Assembly: GCA_951406725.2 (NCBI GenBank)
Contig: OX597822.1
Span: 97,650,001 to 97,714,000, forward strand
Length of the DNA: 64,000 nt
Reading direction: 5' to 3'
From: Octopus vulgaris
Lineage: Eukaryota
Position numbers and translations under genes: made by a program. Within the stretch, counting starts at the first letter, position 1, and each line of letters begins with the position of its first letter. The notes beneath the pieces were generated by a model. It made no database searches. It was not told the origin of the DNA and saw only the letters and a program-made list of their open reading frames with translations. Shown piece by piece: positions 14,131-26,659 of this stretch.

Positions 14131-14533
14131 TTAATTTTACTTAACATGGCAATATGTCCTCCCATATTTCAGCCCTCACAGGCCCCACCCTTAGTGATAC
14201 TCCAGCAATACGCAAACTGTAGTACTTCAATGATTTGGTAGTTTACAAGATATACAACTATAATTATGCAAGTGCAAGACAAAGAAAGATGCACATCAGG
14301 TGCAGTAGGGGTATGTGGTTAAGACGTCTGCTTCTCAACCTCATGGTCCCAGGCTCACTTCTAAGGTACAGCATCTTAGGTGCCTTCTGCTATAAGCTTG
14401 GGTCCACATAAGCCTTGTGAGTGAATTTGGTAAACAGAGATGGTGGAAACGTGTAGTGTGTGTGTGTGTGTATGTGTGTATATACTTTTGTTTGTATATA
14501 TATATGTGTGTGTGTTTATGTGTGTATATATGA

Positions 14534-14571
<38 letters not shown>

Positions 14572-14665
14572 GTAAACACATAATTGTGAAACAAGGTGGA
14601 AAAAAGAGTACTCAAATATCAGGGGTAGAGTAATATGCTTTATTTAAAACCAGCTTTTAAATAAA

Positions 14666-14714
<49 letters not shown>

Positions 14715-15027
14715 TATGTATGTGTGTGTGTATATGTATATATATATTTCATATTTGCATGTGTATATGTATGTAAATGTGTGTGTGTGTGTGAATGTGT
14801 GAATCTGTGTGTGTGTGAAAGTGAGCATCGTTTGTTTGTTGTGCACTGCTTGGCAACCAGTCTTGGTTTATTTACATCCCTGTAACTTAGAGGTTTGGAA
14901 AATGGAGACTGATAGAATATATTATAAGTATCAGTTTTAAAAATAAATGATGGGCTCAATTTGTTCGAGTCCACAATCAAATGCCTAAAGCAAGAAAAAA
15001 AAAATTAAAGAATAGCAAAGAACTTAC

Positions 15028-16222
15028 TTATTTGGTAAGTGATGAGGAGATCACTATTTTCCTCTGGGTCATAAAAGGAGTCATTATGCCACAAAACATT
15101 AATGAATTCATCATTCAAGCTTACATTTAAGCCCCCATTATAAAGTGGGGGAGACTGATCGTAAACTAAGGGTCCAATAACTGTTGTTTTACTATGCATA
15201 GCCTTGTTCACTGATCGGATGAAAATGTAGAATCTGTCTCCTGGTTTAATGCCCAATCTGTGCTTCTGGAATCTAGTCTTCTGGTTGGTTGATGTGTATG
15301 CCATGATGTCAGGGTGCTGTTCCAACTGATGGCTGCTGCTTATACCAACAAAGAAGTCAAGAATCTCACTCTCATCTTCTATGTATTTCCAAGACAAGTG
15401 AATATTGTTAGATGGAATACCAATTAGATTAATCTGTGATGAAGAGAAATTGTTTGGACAAATATTTGCTTTGACCATAGTGTCGCTAATTCTTTCTTTC
15501 AGGATTTCTAGAATTGAATTGGAAGCAATAGAACTACAGTTCTGAAAGCAGACTTCAGCTGGGGTTAAAAGCTTCTTGGTTAAATCAAAGTTTATTCTCC
15601 AAACCTTTCCATTATAGCAAGCAACAGTCTCCTGTGTTTTAGCTCCAGTAAGTACAACATCCTTTAGTTTTGGTGGGGTCTCATCATAGACCACTCCATC
15701 TGAGCATACTGCATCAGATGCCTCCAAAGCATAATTGTAAGCGATAACAGTTGAGAAGTACTTTCCAGCTTTTTTAAGTGAAAACTGAGCAGAGGTTTTC
15801 GTAGTATTTATGATGTCATATGAGATATTACAGGAATAACATGGACTGGTCAGTTCTAATTTGGTTAAGCAACGTGGTGCAATGCCAACAACATAATAAT
15901 ATATATCAGATTCGTGATCAACAAATCCATTCCAGTTCACAGTTAAATTTTCACTTCCTGTGAAATCTAAATCAGGAAGTGTATTTTTTCCTTCCTTGAC
16001 AGAACCTGTGCTGGGAGGAGATTCATCCAAAACTATATCCAGATGTTCTTCGTTGAAAAGACCTGCCATATTTTCAACTCGGATAGCAGCAAAATAACGT
16101 CGATTGTGCTGACCCTTATGAGTTCTTGCTGCTATGAGGGCATTGAGTGTGAGCGTAAAGTTTTTCATTTGACACGGCCCATGTTGTGGGCAATAGCAGG
16201 GAGTTTCAGGGGTACATGAAAC
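15028..16222 (-). CDS. Constant exon 8 (VSCTPETPCYCPQHGPCQ...LITYQI), FN3/Ig-like repeats
   Basis: Acceptor ctttctAG, donor A|GTAAGT; 1195 nt; phase 0-1; motifs LDESPP, WNGFVDHES, YDETPP, YDQSPP. Confidence 0.92.
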
Positions 16223-16358
16223 CTAGAAAGAAAAAAAAATTTAAATATAAAACTTCATGTATTTTAAGTAAATAAATTCAGGAGTAAAAAAGAAAACAAA
16301 ACAAAACTCTGAAAAAATATAACCTAAGTAGTTCGTTCAATTTTAAAACAAATTAATT

Positions 16359-16401
<43 letters not shown>

Positions 16402-16593
16402 TAGTTAATCCAAACAAGAAAACACAAAAAAACACAACGCGAGGACGTGGAACAAATATAGTATTATTGGACGTTCAGGAAAGAAGGAGGGCTTAACGTT
16501 TCGAGCGGAGCTCTTCGTCGGACACATAGGAGAAGGAAAGATCCAGAGAAGGAAGACAGAGGAAAAAAAAATCGCCAACGCTACACACGAGGT

Positions 16594-16645
<52 letters not shown>

Positions 16646-17256
16646 TATATATATCACGTGGTCACGTGACCGACCAGACCATCAGATGTTGTTACACATC
16701 GCTGGTCACAATGCGTTCGAATTGTTTTAGCCTTTGAATGACGCCACCCCGCTGGCTAAGCGAGCAGGCCAATATATATATATACACACATATATATATA
16801 TATATGAATTCATTAAAGTTTGTTTTTATGTTATAACAAAAATAAGTTTGCATTAATTTGATGGGTTACTCTATACTTTTGTAGATTACAAATTTATTAT
16901 TTTTATACAAGAATGTTGTTGATGGTGACTTCAAAGTTTTGGCCACTGAAGCCATCAGTGTTCAACACATATATTTATATATATAAACATAATTAAGGGT
17001 TCAGCAAAAAGTTGCTTCACTACATACCGAAAATTTAGAAATAGCAGTCAAAACGGCTAATTCTTCTAACTACAAAATATCTCCACTGCTATGTGGTGAA
17101 GCAACTTTTTGCTAATCCTTTAATTATGTTTATAATTATAAAAAAACTTTTTGTATAAGTTTTTATCAATAATGGTTTTTTTTTCCATATGAAGTTATTT
17201 GGTAAAATTTATTAATTATCAAATTAATAATTATTTACCCTATATCTATAATATAT

Positions 17257-17374
17257 CTATATGGCCATATCATGTTGAAAGCAACGGTTCTCATCCAATC
17301 ACCGAAGTTAAGCAACATTGAGCCTAGTCAAAACTTAGATGGGTGACCGCTTGGGAAACCTAGGTGCAGTAAGC
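17257..17374 (+). pseudogene. 5S rRNA pseudogene or 5S-derived head
   Basis: GGCCATATCATGTTGAAAGCAACGGTTCTC...CACCGAAGTTAAGCAAC...ACTTAGATGGGTGACCGCTTGGGAA matches the metazoan 5S consensus with substitutions. Confidence 0.85.
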
Positions 17375-17822
17375 GTAACACATTGCCCATGCCGGTGGCA
17401 CGTAAAAAGCACTCACTACACTCTCGGAGTGGTTGGCGTTAGGAAGGGCATCCAGCTGTAGAAACACTGCCAGATCTGACTGGCCTGGTGCAGCCTTCGG
17501 GCTCCCCAGACCCCAGTTGAACCGTCCAACCCATGCTAACATGGAAAGCGGACGTTAAATGATGATGATGATGAGGATGACACCAATATTTCAATCCCTG
17601 TCACTTAGTGTGCCTTTAATTAATCACAATTATCTGGCAGGTTGAATAAAAATTTATCATGAATGGCAGAAACAGTATTAGTTCAAAATGGCAATGTTTA
17701 TTTAAAATCATAACAAAAGAAACATACCATCCTCACACAATATATATTTATTAGCCACAAAAATAGCATTAATACTGAGAGGTAATATTTACCCCCCACT
17801 TAGATGTGGATGTTCTATTAGA

Positions 17823-17982
17823 ACAAACTATACTGTGGTAGATATCATGAGAGAAACTCTCATGTTGGCTTCTAGTAGTCTTGGCACTGGAGGTGGCAGG
17901 GATATGTTTCCCCATTAGTGCATTTTGCACCAAAAGCCAATATGAGAGTTTCTCTCATGACATTTACTGCAGTATGGTTTGT
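17823..17982. repeat. Inverted repeat, ~50-bp arms
   Basis: acaaactatactg...catgagagaaactctcatgttggctt pairs with aagccaatatgagagtttctctcatg...cagtatggtttgt. Confidence 0.85.
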
Positions 17983-18074
17983 AAGACATAAAGCATCCAA
18001 ATTTAAGAGAGGATAATATATTCACACAAAAATAACATAAATAGATAGACAAAAATATTATCTGAAAATCTTAC

Positions 18075-18541
18075 ATAATCACCAAGTTTAACTACTGGAA
18101 GTGAACCAGCCCCAATATCATTGGAACCATCTTTTGTTCCCAAAATCCACTGAACTTGTTTTAAACCACTGTGTTGATCAATAGCATCAATTTTAACAAC
18201 CATTGAGGATAAATCAGAAGAATTATGCATATACAATCTTTGGTGCCCATCTTTGGTCAATGAAAATTCTTCAATAGAAGGAGCACTTCGGTCAATATAT
18301 ATCATTATATTCTTGGACAATGTCTGGTTCATAATGTCTCTTGCAGTCACCCATATTCTCAGAGAATCTCCGTCTTGTAAGGTATCTTGGAAACATTGTG
18401 TCTGGTTGTTATTAGGTGAAGTCAAATTTTCTACAGAAATATTCCCATTATTCACTTGGAAACGGTAAGTGAATTGATCTATTCCTTGTATGTTTTCAGT
18501 ACCATTAATGTTGAGTAGACCAGAAATGTGGTCATACTTTT
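18075..18541 (-). CDS. Constant exon 7 (EKYDHISG...KLGDY)
   Basis: Acceptor atcatttcAG, donor TAT|GTAAGA; 467 nt; phase 1-0; motifs IDRSAP and WILGTKDGSNDI. Confidence 0.9.
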
Positions 18542-18810
18542 CTGAAATGATATAAGACAATATTTAAAATGAGTAAACATACTGAAGAAAGTTTTCCTCA
18601 AAACTGGAATTTTTCAATTACTATTTTGACATCTGTTGTTTAGAGTAGTACAGGGATGTGGCCGAGAAGTTTGCTTCCCAACCATATTGATTTGAGTTCA
18701 ACCCTACTGCATGGCACTTTGGGTGAGTGTCTTTTAACTATAACCTTGGGGCTAACCAATGCCTTGAGAATGACGTTGCTAATTTGGTTGATAGAAAATT
18801 CATGGAAGCT

Positions 18811-18916
<106 letters not shown>

Positions 18917-19224
18917 GAGGCGCAATGGCCCAATGGTTTGGGCAGCAGACTCGTGGTCGTAGGATCGCAGTTTCGATTCCCAGACCAGGCATTGTGAGTG
19001 TTTATTGAGCGAAAACACCTAAAGCTCCACGAGGCTCCAGCAGAGGGTGGTGGCAATCCCTGCTGTACTCTTTTGCCACAACTTTCTCTCACTCTTTCTT
19101 CTGTTGGCCTGCTTGGTTAGCCAGCAAGGTGGAGTCATTTGAAGGCTAACACAATGCGAAGCGCATTGTGACCAGCGATGTGTAGCAACATCTGATAGCC
19201 TGGTCGGTCACGGTGATCACAGTG

Positions 19225-19261
<37 letters not shown>

Positions 19262-19306
19262 TCATATATATGTATGTATGCATGCACATATGTATGTTTG
19301 TATGTA

Positions 19307-19348
<42 letters not shown>

Positions 19349-19351
19349 ATT

Positions 19352-21100
19352 GACTATCTGGTGGTCAATGCGGAAACTGGGATAGACGAGTGGTTGATAA
19401 GAGCTGTACAAGCCCTGTACAAAGATGCTGTCAGTAAGGTGAAGGTTGGCAACGAGTATAGTGAAGAATTCGGAGTAGAAGTAGGAGTTCACCAAGGATC
19501 AGTCCTCAGCCCCCTCTTATTCATTATAGTCCTCCAGGCAATAACAGAGAAATTCAAGACAGGCTGCCACTGGGAGCTCCTCTCTGCTGATGATCTTGCT
19601 CTAATAGTCAACTCACTGCCAGAACTAGAGACAAAGTTTAGGGTGTGGAAGCAAGGTCTAGAATCAAAAGGCCTTAGGGTTAACCTAGCAAAAACTAAAG
19701 TCTTAGCAAGTAAGAAGGCTGGCAAATCACAAACCTCTTCAGGTAGAAATGGCATGGTAGGAACTCCATATGATGTACCCAGTGTAAGCTATGGACACAT
19801 AAAAGGCACAGCAATATCACAGGAAGGTTAACTGGGAAGATAGTTTTTGTGTGGCAGATGCACAGGGGCAATAAACACTGAAGATGTACAGAAAGCAGAC
19901 ACCATCACATGCCAGGGGGAGAAACTAGAAGTAGTTAATAGCTTCCACTATTTAGGTGACCAAGTCTGTAGTGGAGGTGGTTACTCTGAGAGTGTAATGG
20001 CCAGAAGAAGAATAGCCTGGGCAAAGTTCAGGGAGCTCCTACCTCTGCTGGCAACTAAGGGCCTCTTGCACAGGATGAAAGTTAGACTGTATGATGCATG
20101 TGTGCGAACTGTCATGCTACATGGCAGTGAAACATGGGCCATGACTGCTGATGACATGCGTAGGCTTGAAAGAAATGAAGCTGGTATGCTCTGCTGGGTG
20201 TGTAATGTCAGTGTGCATACACAACAGAGTGTAAGCACCCTGAGAGAAAAGTTGGACATAAGAAGCATCAAATGTGGTGTGTAAGAGAGACGATTGCACT
20301 GGTATGGTCATGTATTATGTATGGATGAGGAAAGCTGTGTGAGGAAGTGCCATTCCCTAACTGTGGAAAGAACCTGTGGAAGCAGTAGACCAATGGAAGA
20401 CATAGGATGAGGTGGTGAAGCATGACCCTTGAACATTGGGCCTCACAGAGGCAATGACAGGAGACTGAAATAGGCTGTGATTGAGAAGACCCAGCAACTA
20501 AAGTGAGATCACAGCCATGCATGTCTGGCCTAGTTAAGAGTACTCCTGATGTGTTGGGTGATATGATATGCTTGAGAAGACCTGTTGAGTCAAATAAAAC
20601 CAATATTGTAGCTGTAGCCAGTTGCCCCTGACTGGCTCTCATGCTAGTGGCATGTAAAAAGCACAATCCGAACATGGTTGATGCCAGGTCCACCTGACTA
20701 GCTCCTGTGCCAACGGCATGTAAAAAGCACCATCCAAATGTGGCCAATGCATGGTACCTCCTGACTGGCTCCTGTGCCAGTTGCTCATAAAAAGCACTAT
20801 CTGAACGTAGCCAATGCCAGTACTCCCTGACTGGTTCCCCTGCCAGTGACATGTAAAAAGCACTATCCAAACATGATTGCAGCCAGGCCCGGCTGACTGG
20901 CTCCTGTGCTGGTGGCACCTAAAAAGCACCCACTACACTCACGGAGTGGTTGGTGTTAGGAAGGGCATCCAGCTGTAGAAACTCTGCCAGATCAGATTGA
21001 AGCCTGATGCAGCTGCTGGCTCCCCAGTCCTCAGTCAAACTGTCCAACCCATGCCAGCATGGAAAACGGACGTTAAGCAATGATGATGATGATGATGATA
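19352..21100 (+). mobile_element. 5'-truncated, frameshifted RTE-clade LINE
   Basis: GVHQGSVLSPLLF, LSADDL, AWAKFRELLPLL, LHGSETW; tandem-repeat 3' UTR and (GAT)n tail. Confidence 0.92.
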
Positions 21101-21714
21101 AATGCATTGTATCTGATATGCTAACAACTGTACAAATTTGCCACTTTAGTCATAGTGACTACCTTCATTACAGTAGTAATTTCAAATAATTGAGAAATGC
21201 TTTTGCTCAATATATTATACATATTAGCATTCAACTGACCATTGTACACCAGTCCTTTTGCACTAGATTTTTGGCTCTCTGGAAATTCCTCTTAGAGCAT
21301 GTCATTCTTACTGGCGTTGACTTATAGAAGTTCGAAAGAAACATTAATGATAGAAGTTCGAAAGAAACATCAATGATATCAATCTCACTTTGAAGGCCAT
21401 GAGCATTGCTTCTCTCTTCTGATGTAGCAAATACAAAAAAAAAAAAATCAAAAAATCATATGTTAATTAGTTAATTGCTTCTTGTTATTATATTCTTAAC
21501 GTATTGTAGAAAATTTTTTATGTTAAAAACTCAATCCTGTGATGATTTTGTTAAAGCATAGTAATGATTAATGGAAGAAGAAAATGAGAGCCCATTTCAT
21601 TGAAAATAAATGTAAATACAGTTAGTATCTTTTTCAATGGCTAGCTAATATATATATTGTCAGTTGTCTGTGGTATTTTGCCATATAGAAAGTTAAGAGT
21701 GAACAGTTAAGTAC

Positions 21715-22388
21715 CTGGTATAGTATTATCTTCCTTTATTGGTTTCAAATACGTTTCAAGAAAAGTGTTCATAAAAAGATTGTACCATGTGATACAGGCG
21801 TTTTCTTCATCTGAATACCAAGGGATGTCACTTCGACCAGTTTTTGAAATAACTTTCGGTAGAGGAATATTTCTGGCTTCAATCAAGGAACTGTTGTCAT
21901 AGAGAAAGAATTTGCGAGCATACTGGGCATTGTGAGCAAAATCTTTGATGGTGAGATATACCGCATAAACTCCTGGTGCTGCAGACAGACTTAACTCTAA
22001 AGTTGTTTCATTAAAACTCTCATACTTATAAAGTGTTTTCGTTTGATCTACTTGCAGTTTATCTCCTGCTACTGTCATAGGATGGACTACAACTTCATAT
22101 GATTCAACGCCGTTGTTTCCAATTCCATTTCTGTAGACATTACCATCAAACCAACCATCGAACATAATTGTAACATTTGGTGATCGGGAAAGAGTTGGAA
22201 TCACTTTCAAAGGCTCTGAACCACACTTTAATGTCTCGCTACAGTGTTGAGGAGGTTTTCTATCGTATTGGAAGCATTTCGTTTCTGTCGATGCAGTTTG
22301 TCGGTAATACTGTGTGGGTGATGGACTTGAATTGATGGGTTTAACAATCAAGTAGCCTCCACCATAGGAGGTAAACTCTGTACACAAT
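21715..22388 (-). CDS. Constant exon 6 (RLCTEFTSYGGG...DNTIP)
   Basis: Acceptor ttctctttcAG, donor G|GTACTT; 674 nt; phase 2-1; 226-aa ORF containing YDRKPP. Confidence 0.9.
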
Positions 22389-22489
22389 CTGAAAGAGAAG
22401 AAATTGTTAATGACTTATGACAAATTGCAACGTATACAAGACACAGGAATTATGATACCAGCCAACCCTACTTCCTTCTCCAGCACTTT

Positions 22490-22849
22490 GCCTCCTCCTC
22501 CTCCTCCTCCTCTCCTCTTCTCCTCCTCTCCTATTCTCCTCCTCTCCCCCTCCCCTATTCTCCCTATCCTCCTCCTCCTCTCCTCCCTCCCTTCCCCTCC
22601 CCCTCTCCCCCTCTCCTATTCTCCTCATCTCCCCCTGCCCTATTCTCCCCCTCATCTCCCCTTCTCCTCCCCCTCCTCTCCTCTTCTCTCCTCCCCCTCT
22701 CCTCCTCTCCTATTCTCCTCATCTCCCCCTCCCCTATTCTCCCCTCCTCCTCCTCCTCAACTCTCCTCCTTCTCATCATCATCAATGTCATCACTGTTAT
22801 TATTGTTACCATCACTCTCATCATTGTCATCATGCTCAACCTCACTGCT

Positions 22850-22893
<44 letters not shown>
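22490..22893. repeat. Polypyrimidine (CCT/CTC) tract followed by (CAT)n
   Basis: Directly visible low-complexity sequence. Confidence 0.9.
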
Positions 22894-23818
22894 TCTCTCT
22901 TCAAATCAATTTTGTAGCTTGCCCTGGGTGCCTTTTACCCCAGCTGTGCCCTTGGAACAGATTTAGAAATTGCTACCTTTCTAAATGTTGAAAGCACTTT
23001 TGTACACAAAATTTGAATAGAGTTGGAAGCCTCAGGCAGCAATATTTCTGGTTTATCAAAAATATAAAATCATTTTTTAAATATTTGGACACCGTAAAGG
23101 CATCACAAGTCATCCAACAACTTCAAATGTTATCAATGATGATCCCAGAAAACCAATGAGAGCCATCACCAAAGAACTTTAAGAATTGGAATGTATTATC
23201 GGAACTGTGGTACATGAGGACATTTGATACATGTCATATGAGGAGAGGTCAATTCATGTCTGTAAAAACACGGGAAAACCTTTTAGCACATACCAAGTGG
23301 CTATTTCATAAGATTAAAAACTCTTTCGACATGGCATACTTTGGTTCTTCTCTGATGAGAAAAACTTTGACCACGACCAAATATCTATTTCTTTACTACC
23401 CACAAGGGGCTAAACACAGAGACAGACAAACGAGGACAGACAAACGGATTAAGTCGATTACATCGACCTCAGTGCGTAACTGGTACTAATTTAATCGACT
23501 CCGAAAGGATGAAAGGCAAAGTCGACCTCGGCGGAATTTGAACTCAGAACGTAACGGCAGACGAAATACGGCTACGCATTTCGCCCGGCGTGCTAACGTT
23601 TCTGCCAGCTCAAATATCTAACAGGAAAAATGACAGATAGTTAATTGCAGATTTTTCTGATGTGCCAAAAGTAAGAACATATTGGATGATAATGGTTGGA
23701 ATATTTTTGATCATAGACCTGTCCAGGCTGACCTGGTGTTAAACAATAACAACAGCAACAGATCATATTTTACTTTCATATGTGTACATCCCTAATATGA
23801 CAATATTATGAGTCTCAC

Positions 23819-23963
23819 CTGTCTCCATGTTCCATTGTAAAGTTCCCTAACTGGAATGCTCTAGAACAATGAACTTTTGACTTGGAAGGGAATCCTTGAC
23901 TGAAGTTTCTGTTGCAGGTACCCTCTTCAGGCAGCTTCATGATTTTAAGAAAAGATATGTTAC
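23819..23963 (-). CDS. Constant exon 5 (GNISFLK...MEHGDR)
   Basis: Acceptor ctttatcattAG, donor AG|GTGAGA; 145 nt; phase 1-2. Confidence 0.8.
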
Positions 23964-23979
23964 CTAATGATAAAGATAA

Positions 23980-24416
23980 ATTTATTATTATTATTCTATG
24001 TTTGACTTTTGCTTTATATTTGTACAAGTTGGCTCCAAGTCTCACCCAGAGACCTCAAGAGACAACAGGTTGGAAGTTAATGTTGTTGTTATGCCTAGTG
24101 TGCCATGTATTTGGTTTTTTTCTTTTGGTGTTGTACTAGTGAATGTCCAAAAAAAAAAAACGAAAATTTTGTTTGTTTTAAACCCTGAGATTACATAGAA
24201 AGTATTTTGCGTAGGATATGAGCAGTTCCCATGAGCACTATCTTTTGAATTTCTGCCATTTTTGGGTTTCCTGGTATCTGAGTTAGGTAGCAATCAGCCC
24301 CTTTTGCTATCATTCCCAGGGCACCTATGACAACAGGTATTGTTTTAGTTTTCAGGTTCCACATTTTGCTTATTTCTATTTCAAGATCTTTATATTTGCT
24401 CAGTTTTTGGTAGGTC

Positions 24417-24456
<40 letters not shown>

Positions 24457-24895
24457 AACAACAACAATAATAAGGTGCTAGAGCATAACATTGGACATAG
24501 TAGTCCAAGATACACCACATATGTTATACAGCTGATGTTGCATGCCCCTTTGACCTATGAATAGTCAAGAAGGAAGGCATAAAAATTGATAAAAACAACT
24601 CCCTTATGTATGAAATAGGCCAGCTATAGAAAATGAAGAAGGTGAAGATAGTGCCAACTATTGTTGGGTCCTTGGGGTCAGTATCAGAAGGCATCAAAAA
24701 GAATATAAAGGAAATCGGAATAGAGTGCCCAGTAGAACTGTCACAAAAGGTTTGCTTCCTTGGTACAGCCGGAATAATCAGAAAAGTATTAGATAGTTGA
24801 AAAGAACAGATAGCATGGTACTGTAGACGGCAGATAGCAAGCCTGCTACATATGTATGACTCCAGGAATTCCAACAAAACCTGTGATAAGAAGAA
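23980..24895. mobile_element. Further R4/Dong 3' fragments in both orientations (23980-24140 and 24290-24420 minus; 24510-24895 plus)
   Basis: KLSKYKDLEIEISKMWNLKTKTIPVVIGALG and IVPTIVGSLG...LGTAGIIRKVL; (AAT)n/(ATT)n tracts. Confidence 0.75.
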
Positions 24896-24913
24896 ATAAT
24901 AATAATAACAAGA

Positions 24914-24979
<66 letters not shown>

Positions 24980-26160
24980 CAAATGACTAGATGCTAAAGT
25001 CTTGAAATAATGAATGACTGGATGCTAAAGCTCATGGAAAATCATGAGAGATGAAAGAAGCTTCATTCTATCATAAAGGAAAGCAAAAAATTTGCTATTG
25101 ATCTCGTGCAGGATACCCAAACTGAACAACCCGAGGGAAGTACGGCAACTATTGAAGCAAAGAAGGTGAAAATAATGGCAATGAAAAAAGCGCACGAGAA
25201 ATTGGCTGATAGGTGGGAGGAGAAACCTCTGCACGGTAAATATGTGGCCCATAGCAAACAAGCTGATGTTGACCAGAAGCAAACCCATCAATGGCTACGG
25301 AGCTCAGGAATAAAAGCAGAGAACGAAGGTTTCATCCTGGCTGCTCAAGATCAAAGCCTATTAACCCGGAACTACCAGGCCAATGTGATGAAAAATGGAG
25401 CAGACCCAAAATGCTGATTCTGCAACGACATGATTGAAACAGTGGACCACCTAATCTCTGGATGTAAAGTCTTAGCACCAGTGGAGTATAAATTAAGATA
25501 TGACAGAGTTGGCCAATATCTACACTGGCTAATAAGTCAGCATTACAATATCAAAACTGCTGACAAGTGGTATAATCACCACCCTGAGGCTGTAACTGAT
25601 GGAGAAAATGTAACGATTCTGTGGGACTTTCCAGTACGTACAGACCGAACCATTAAAGCCAATAAACCGGATATTGTTGTGAAAGACCAAAACAATAAAG
25701 TTTGCTTATTGATCGACATGAGCATCCCCTGTAATCATAATATCTCGGCGAAAGAATTTGACAAGCTCAGAAAATATAAAGACTTGCTCATTGAAATTGA
25801 GAAAATGTGGCATCTCAAGGCGTTTACAATACCAGTGATCGTAGGAGCACTAGGAATGATCAAGAAGGGAACCGAAAATTATATGAGAATGATCCCTGGC
25901 TTACCATCCCTGCAAGAAGTGCAAAAGATTGTCTTAACTGGTACATCACACGTATTGAGAAGAGCATTGTCGATGTGAGAACTATTGCTACCCATGTATT
26001 TTAATTTAACTTTATTTCTATCAAAAAAAAAAAAAAATGAACGAACTTGTGAGTTTAGTTTAATGGTCTACCAATGTATACAATGAGTTTCTTTGCCCTA
26101 GGAGTCGGGAAGACACTCGGCAAGAAATGGAAGCAAATTTGAAAGAAGAAGAAAAACCCA
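24980..26160 (+). mobile_element. R4/Dong-clade non-LTR element 3' portion, inserted in (AAT)n
   Basis: KPLHGKY, AAQDQSL, ETVDHLISGC, ILWDF...ANKPDIV, KYKDL...IPVIVGALG; (AAT)n on both sides. Confidence 0.9.
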
Positions 26161-26165
26161 TAAAC

Positions 26166-26227
<62 letters not shown>

Positions 26228-26545
26228 TAATAATTCTTTTAACACAAGGGTAGTGGAAATGTGTGTGTGTATGTGTATACATGCATGTATACATACATAC
26301 AGACATACATATATACATTTCCATGACACAAGGTTGATGGACATGTGTGTGTGTTTGTATCTGTATACATGCATGCATGTATACATACATACATACATAC
26401 ATACATACATAAAAAATCTGCAAGGCCTTCTTAAGATTTAAAGGATGATGGTTAAAACAAGATGATTTCCTTCGTGACCTTGCTACCATGTAGGTGGCTG
26501 GTCAAGATTTACTCTAAATTCAAAAGCGAAAGAGAACACACACTT

Positions 26546-26618
<73 letters not shown>

Positions 26619-26659
26619 TACATACATACATACATACATACATACATTATCATACTGAT

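Noticed and set aside
17257-17374. Functional 5S rRNA gene
   Set aside because: Multiple substitutions, solitary, no oligo-T terminator, fused to a LINE tail.
20600-20930. Regularly spaced repeats resembling a CRISPR array (also 63570-63800 and 3740-3860)
   Set aside because: Degenerate tandem units inside RTE 3' UTRs; no unique spacers, no cas genes, eukaryotic context.
22404-22991. Pro/Ser-rich 195-aa ORF
   Set aside because: Low-complexity CCT/CAT tract, antisense within an intron.
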